The notes below the pieces were generated by a model. The model did no database searches and had not been told where the DNA came from. It saw nothing but the letters and a program-made list of their open reading frames with translations. A DNA stretch of 64,000 nucleotides from NCBI RefSeq assembly GCF_009914755.1, contig NC_060925.1. One strand, 5' to 3'. A program made the translations under genes and the position numbers. The DNA is from the human T2T-CHM13v2.0 reference genome, Homo sapiens. Below, one piece after another: positions 63,748-64,000 of this stretch (the stretch's first letter is position 1; each line of letters starts with the position of its first letter).

Positions 63748-64000
63748 CACACACACACACACATAATATTTAGCAATGATAGATATTGGGAATTCTGGTG
63801 GCAGAATTGTTATTTAATATGGAATGGCCAGAAAAGACCTCCCTGGCAAAGTACCATGTGAACAGAGACCTGAAGAAAATAAAAGATACAACCAGTGTTT
63901 ATGTGGGGAAGAGTGTTTCAGACACGGGGAATAGCCAGCCCAAAGACCCTTAGGTGAGAATGTGTTTACAATATTTGAAGAAGAACAAATAAATGGAGCA
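63530..64000 (-). mobile_element. L2 3' region with embedded microsatellite
   Basis: 'tattgagcacttgctataggccagg...gaataaaacagtcaagagtccctg'; 'gaacagagacctgaag'. Confidence 0.8.
63691..63765. repeat. (TA)n(TG)n(TA)n(CA)n compound microsatellite
   Basis: Seen directly. Confidence 0.97.

Overview
AT-rich primate (human-like) nuclear DNA with no recognisable protein-coding gene; it reads as intergenic or deep intronic sequence. Most of the window is interspersed repeats: L1 of many ages, Alu (J/S/Y), MIR, L2, MaLR/ERV LTRs and DNA-transposon fossils (MADE1 x2, MER1A, MER58A, MER5, MER104), plus microsatellites. The ORFs I can recognise are decayed L1 ORF1/ORF2 pieces or translations of repeats; the rest look like chance frames. 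I see no evidence for a new multi-gene system. The most interesting observations are small and structural: (1) an L1PA with a TSD-bounded 3' transduction that carries its own AATAAA, plus an orphan duplicate of its 3' end outside the TSD; (2) a 39-nt tail-less 5S rRNA retrocopy hidden in an L1; (3) nested LTR-in-LTR insertions with readable TSDs; (4) several perfected palindromes and a micro-inversion suggesting template switching; (5) a few plus-strand exon-like segments and a dense transcription-factor motif cluster. Repeat names come from recall of consensus sequences, not a search; subfamily calls and boundaries without a TSD are approximate.
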